Assembly: GCA_963934255.1 (NCBI GenBank)
Contig: CAWVXU010000012.1
Coordinates: 1 to 43,455 of the forward strand
Source: an uncultured Fibrobacterales bacterium
GTDB taxonomy: Bacteria; Fibrobacterota; Fibrobacteria; Fibrobacterales; CAWVXU01
Direction: 5' to 3'
Length of the DNA stretch: 43,455 nucleotides
The translations under genes and the position numbers were made by a program. This document shows positions 39,730 to 43,455 of the stretch, one piece after another (the stretch's first letter is position 1; each line of letters begins with the position of its first letter). The notes under the pieces were generated by a model that worked only from the letters and a program-made list of their open reading frames with translations, was not told where the DNA came from and searched no databases.

Positions 39730-40740
39730 TTAAATCTTTTTTTTATCACCACCACGAGCATGATGGAAAACTCTTTCGACAAACCAACCTTTGCGAAGCA
39801 GTTTCTCAAATTCGTGACCGTTTAAACTTTGGTGGTTTCGTGTTGTTTGACGTTTTTTCCACATAGTAGGATACATTTTGAGGGCATCACACTTGGCTTT
39901 GAACCACAAGAAGCCTTGACCTCTTATAAAGGCACCTTTGATGGCAAAAAGATTACAAAAGCCAACATACAAGGCGTACTTGATCAGTGTACTTGTTGGA
40001 TAATTTTTAATCCTGACCCAGTGGATGTTTCGAGTGCCATAATAAAGCGCCATATTTGAAGTTTTACCTATGGATGCCGACCCCTTGTGGTGTATCTTAG
40101 CCTTTGATAACATCATGATTTGATAGCCAGCATTTTGTGCTCGTAAACTCAAATCCACATCTTCAAAGATAAGCCAGAAGTCTTCATCGAACCAACCGAT
40201 TTCACTCAACACACTGCTATGGTAAATTGCTGCACCGGCACATACAGAAGTGATATTGTAATCACCTTGAAATTGTGGAAGTAATATAGATTCGCCATAA
40301 GATTGAAATGACGGGCCTGAAGTATATAAGGTATCACCTGCAGAATCAACAAGCTCGGGGTGAGCTAATTGTACCATTTGAGGCCCAAAAACTCGTCCAT
40401 TTGGGTGTGCCTGAATTCCATTCACTAAGTTTTGAAATGTATCAGGTGGAAGCCAAGTATCGTTGTTGAGGAAAAATATCCATTCACCATGGCAATGCGG
40501 TAACCCGAAATTATTTCCACCAGCAAACCCATGGTTGGCGCCAGAGTTCATTGTTTTTCCGGAGATTTTATTTTGGTCTAGGAAATTTTGAACCCACGCT
40601 ACCGACTGATCATTTGAGTCGTTGTCGACAAATATTATTTCAAAATCTTTAAAAGTTTGATTTTTAAGACTAGGGAGGCACTCCTTGAGATGTTTTAATC
40701 CTTTATAGTTAATCATGAGGATGCTAAAGAATGGTTTCAT
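39730..40740 (-). CDS. GT2 glycosyltransferase
   Basis: VDNDS, NHGFAGGNN, FLNND, GWFDEDF..FEDVDL. Confidence 0.9.
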   Translation of the reverse strand: MKPFFSILMINYKGLKHLKECLPSLKNQTFKDFEIIFVDNDSNDQSVAWVQNFLDQNKISGKTMNSGANHGFAGGNNFGLPHCHGEWIFFLNNDTWLPPDTFQNLVNGIQAHPNGRVFGPQMVQLAHPELVDSAGDTLYTSGPSFQSYGESILLPQFQGDYNITSVCAGAAIYHSSVLSEIGWFDEDFWLIFEDVDLSLRAQNAGYQIMMLSKAKIHHKGSASIGKTSNMALYYGTRNIHWVRIKNYPTSTLIKYALYVGFCNLFAIKGAFIRGQGFLWFKAKCDALKMYPTMWKKRQTTRNHQSLNGHEFEKLLRKGWFVERVFHHARGGDKKKI

Positions 40741-40800
40741 CAAGTGCCCGGGAGTGATAAATTGTTACTTTGTAGTAATTGAGAATATACAAAATGAGAG

Positions 40801-41760
40801 ATGGTTGAGTTGAAGTTCTGCGTAGCAATGGTGTTATTTGATCCTGACTGGCCTAGCCTTTGTGCTCGTCTAGAAAGCCTTCTTGAAGTATGTCCAAAGC
40901 TGATTCTTATGGATAATACACCAACTACAAATGCCACTAGTATTCCTTCGGCTGAAGTTCGACAGTTTCTCCAAACAGATAGAATTCAGTATCAGCATTT
41001 AGGTTCGAACTTAGGTATTTGTGTCGCTTATAATCGAGCTGCTCAAATAGCACAAAGTGAGGGCTATCAATGGATGTTCACACTTGATCAAGATACTTTA
41101 GCAGATGCAGATTTTATCAAAAGCATGCTTGAATCTTCTGAGGCTTATGAGGCTTCTACAACTTACACAGCAAATGATGTGAATGTCAATTTTAAAGATG
41201 TTGGATTGTTTGCTCCACGACTTCATCTAGGTGATGGATTGTTTCAAGGTCAGTCTGCAGATCAACATTCTGCAGTACCAAACTATTCTGAAGTTGAAGT
41301 TGTCATGTCATCGGGATGTCTTTTAAGCTTAAAAGTTTTTTTAACACTAAATGGTTTTGATGAGGATTTTTGGCTTGATGGATTTGACCATGAATATTGT
41401 TTTCATTTGAAAAGTGCAGAGTTCAAACGAATAATGTGTGAGGATGTTTTATTAACTCATAGTTTAGGTGCGACCACCAAAGAGTCCCGATTTTTTATGA
41501 GGGGTCATCGTCATATATCTAATCATAGTGCATGGAGAAGAAGGTTGATTGCTAGAAATCGACGTTTACTATGGTCTAAATATCCATCAGAAGTTCAGTG
41601 GATTCAAACAGAGAAGCATCAAGAAAAAAAAGAATTTTTTGAAACCTTGATTTTAGAAAAGTCAGGTCTAAAAAAGGTTTGGTCTATTCTCATGGGGATG
41701 AGAGACTTTCACCAAGGGAGACGAGGTTCACCACACTTTTTAGAAAAGGGGCGGGATTAA
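40801..41760 (+). CDS. GT2 glycosyltransferase (RfbF/rhamnosyltransferase-like)
   Basis: MDN, NLGI..AYN, TLDQD, SSGCL, FDEDFWLDGFDHEYC, HSAWR. Confidence 0.85.
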   Translation: MVELKFCVAMVLFDPDWPSLCARLESLLEVCPKLILMDNTPTTNATSIPSAEVRQFLQTDRIQYQHLGSNLGICVAYNRAAQIAQSEGYQWMFTLDQDTLADADFIKSMLESSEAYEASTTYTANDVNVNFKDVGLFAPRLHLGDGLFQGQSADQHSAVPNYSEVEVVMSSGCLLSLKVFLTLNGFDEDFWLDGFDHEYCFHLKSAEFKRIMCEDVLLTHSLGATTKESRFFMRGHRHISNHSAWRRRLIARNRRLLWSKYPSEVQWIQTEKHQEKKEFFETLILEKSGLKKVWSILMGMRDFHQGRRGSPHFLEKGRD

Positions 41761-41761
41761 A

Positions 41762-42919
41762 ATGCAAACGCCTAAGAAGAAAGTTTTAATCTTATTGGAT
41801 AAGTCGCCCTTCACCAGTTTTGGTCGGATTGCAGCGAGCTATGTTCAAGCAATAGATGGTGAATACGAGGTATCGACATGCTATTTAACTTCTCCCGAAT
41901 ATTTTAAAAAAGGTCAAAGTTTAAAGGGATTTGAAGTTTATTCACCGAAGTTTATTTTTGGTTTTTTTATATACCCACATGGAGTCAAGAGAATTGTAAA
42001 GGATTTCAAACCTGATTTGGTGATTGCTATTCGTCCGGAGCTTGGGTTTATTATTCAGTCTATTCACCAAGCCTTCCCTCAAGTCAAGACAACGGTGATG
42101 ATTCACGATATGTTTGCTGAAACACTCTACCCGACTAGCTTGAAGTATAAGCTGATTAATCGATTCTTTATCAACCCGATACTAGTGGCTGATAGCTTTT
42201 TATATAATTCAAATTATTCAAAAAATGAAACCCATCAACATTTTAAATTTGAAAAAAGTGAAGTCATTGTAGGTTGTGTCATTCACACCGAAGATTTCTT
42301 TCCAATCCTAAATGATAGTTTACCTGACTCAAAAAAACTTCATGAATTAGAAAACCTTGATCAGTTTGTTCATCAAAAATTAAAGTCCAAGTGGGGCTTC
42401 CAAGCCAACGACTCAGTATACCTGACGATTTGTTTAGATGAGCCGCGAAAAAATATTGAAACATTTTTACTGATTGCTCAGGCGATGCCTGATGCAAGGT
42501 TTGTCCGTATAGGCGAGCTAAGCCCTTGGATTGATAAATTTTTATTCGATAATAATATTTTAAATGTTCAGCATTATTACCAACTGCAACTTTCTGATAT
42601 CCGCGAATTATATAACTTAGCCGATGCTCTAGTTTACACTTCACTTCTTGAGGGTTTTGGCTATCCACCTCTAGAAGCGATGGCTTGTGGAACTCAGGTG
42701 GTTTCTTCGAATACTTCCGCTTTGTCTGAAAATCTGAAAGATGTTGCTCTATTAGTGGATAATCCTTGTGACGTTGATGGCTTTGTTTCAGCTATTCATC
42801 AAATAAAAGCACATCCATTTGAGGTTCAAAAATTACATCAAAGAGTCTCTCGATTTTCTCTTGAAAATTTTGCCATTGTTCTAAAAAACCATCTTGATAC
42901 TCTTTTAAGTGAGAGCTGA
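41762..42919 (+). CDS. GT4 (GT-B) glycosyltransferase
   Basis: IHD, EPRKN, YTSLLEGFGYPPLEAMACG. Confidence 0.9.
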   Translation: MQTPKKKVLILLDKSPFTSFGRIAASYVQAIDGEYEVSTCYLTSPEYFKKGQSLKGFEVYSPKFIFGFFIYPHGVKRIVKDFKPDLVIAIRPELGFIIQSIHQAFPQVKTTVMIHDMFAETLYPTSLKYKLINRFFINPILVADSFLYNSNYSKNETHQHFKFEKSEVIVGCVIHTEDFFPILNDSLPDSKKLHELENLDQFVHQKLKSKWGFQANDSVYLTICLDEPRKNIETFLLIAQAMPDARFVRIGELSPWIDKFLFDNNILNVQHYYQLQLSDIRELYNLADALVYTSLLEGFGYPPLEAMACGTQVVSSNTSALSENLKDVALLVDNPCDVDGFVSAIHQIKAHPFEVQKLHQRVSRFSLENFAIVLKNHLDTLLSES

Positions 42920-43140
42920 TTCAATCTGAGGCTAAAGTAAGATCAGAGAAGGTAGGGTGTGTTGACCCAAATTGACTTAAATTGCTTTAAAGCTCAAAAG
43001 AGTAAAAACAACTCATTTTCTCAGTATTTTGTTGAATACCTTTCTAAGTCCCTTATCTATTAAGGTTTAAAAGATTTTTTATAATTGATGATATTACTGT
43101 AAACAAAGATTTATATTGATATCATGGTTAAGAGGTGTTC

Positions 43141-43455
43141 ATGCGAGTCTTAAATTTTCTTTTTATTGTGCTGAGCTTATATACGGTCGGTTTTACCAAA
43201 GACATGACTATTGACCTAAGGAGTCAATCTGCGGATTGGCTTGTCTTGACGGAGGGATCTAGTTTTCACCCTGAGAATGATTTACAAGCCCCTTCGGGGA
43301 TTGATGTTGATTTCAATTATGGCTTGGATGTGTTTCTGGCAATTGAAGGTTATGAGTCAAGTACTGATGCAGATTATCATAGTTCCCTTAAACTTTCTTG
43401 GAGTGCTTTTGCAAAGATTCTCAATGGACTTTGCCTAAATGATGCAGGGGCTCAA
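43141..43455 (+). CDS. Secreted hypothetical protein, partial (runs off the right edge)
   Basis: AAGAGG SD; MRVLNFLFIVLSLYTVG signal-like N-terminus; open for 105 codons to the edge. Not in the ORF track. Confidence 0.7.
   Translation, partial: MRVLNFLFIVLSLYTVGFTKDMTIDLRSQSADWLVLTEGSSFHPENDLQAPSGIDVDFNYGLDVFLAIEGYESSTDADYHSSLKLSWSAFAKILNGLCLNDAGAQ

Noticed and set aside
1626..42668. Many short antisense or alternate-frame ORFs inside thrC, ispH, GH3, GH94, tamAB, sdhAB, prfB, lolD and the glycosyltransferases
   Set aside because: They are nested in well-supported genes and show no recognisable motifs.
42920..43140. AT-rich intergenic region as possible ncRNA or riboswitch
   Set aside because: No convincing stems or known motifs seen by eye.
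1..43455. CRISPR arrays, IS elements, prophage or defence systems
   Set aside because: No repeat-spacer periodicity, transposase, integrase or phage genes were recognised. The DEDDh nuclease looks like an ordinary DnaQ-like protein.

Overview
AT-rich bacterial chromosomal segment, mostly housekeeping and envelope genes. Gene content and order (PEGA protein, tamB-tamA, ndk-sdhCAB, SurA-like-prfB-lysS-lolC/E-lolD) suggest an FCB-group organism, probably Fibrobacterota; this is inference only. Left to right: partial PAS protein, thrC, two paralogous secreted two-Cys proteins, tRNA-Glu with a nearby 17-bp copy of its 3' end, ABC transporter plus ICMT-like methyltransferase, ispH, a four-gene sugar operon (phosphohexomutase, CBM9-like, NagZ-like GH3, short GH94 phosphorylase), rpmB, an HD-less HD-GYP protein, a TlpA/CCCH/DUF374/DnaQ run, DUF445, tRNA-Cys, PEGA protein, tamB-tamA, FlhX-like protein, PPIase-TPR lipoprotein, ndk, sdhCAB, gamma-CA, eukaryote-like diacylglycerol kinase, SurA-like protein, frameshifted prfB, lysS, lolC/E-lolD and three glycosyltransferases. 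No CRISPR array, rRNA, integrase or transposase was seen. The best candidate for an undescribed system is the phosphorolytic oligosaccharide operon at 7411-13067, whose GH94 and GH3 both carry atypical motifs.
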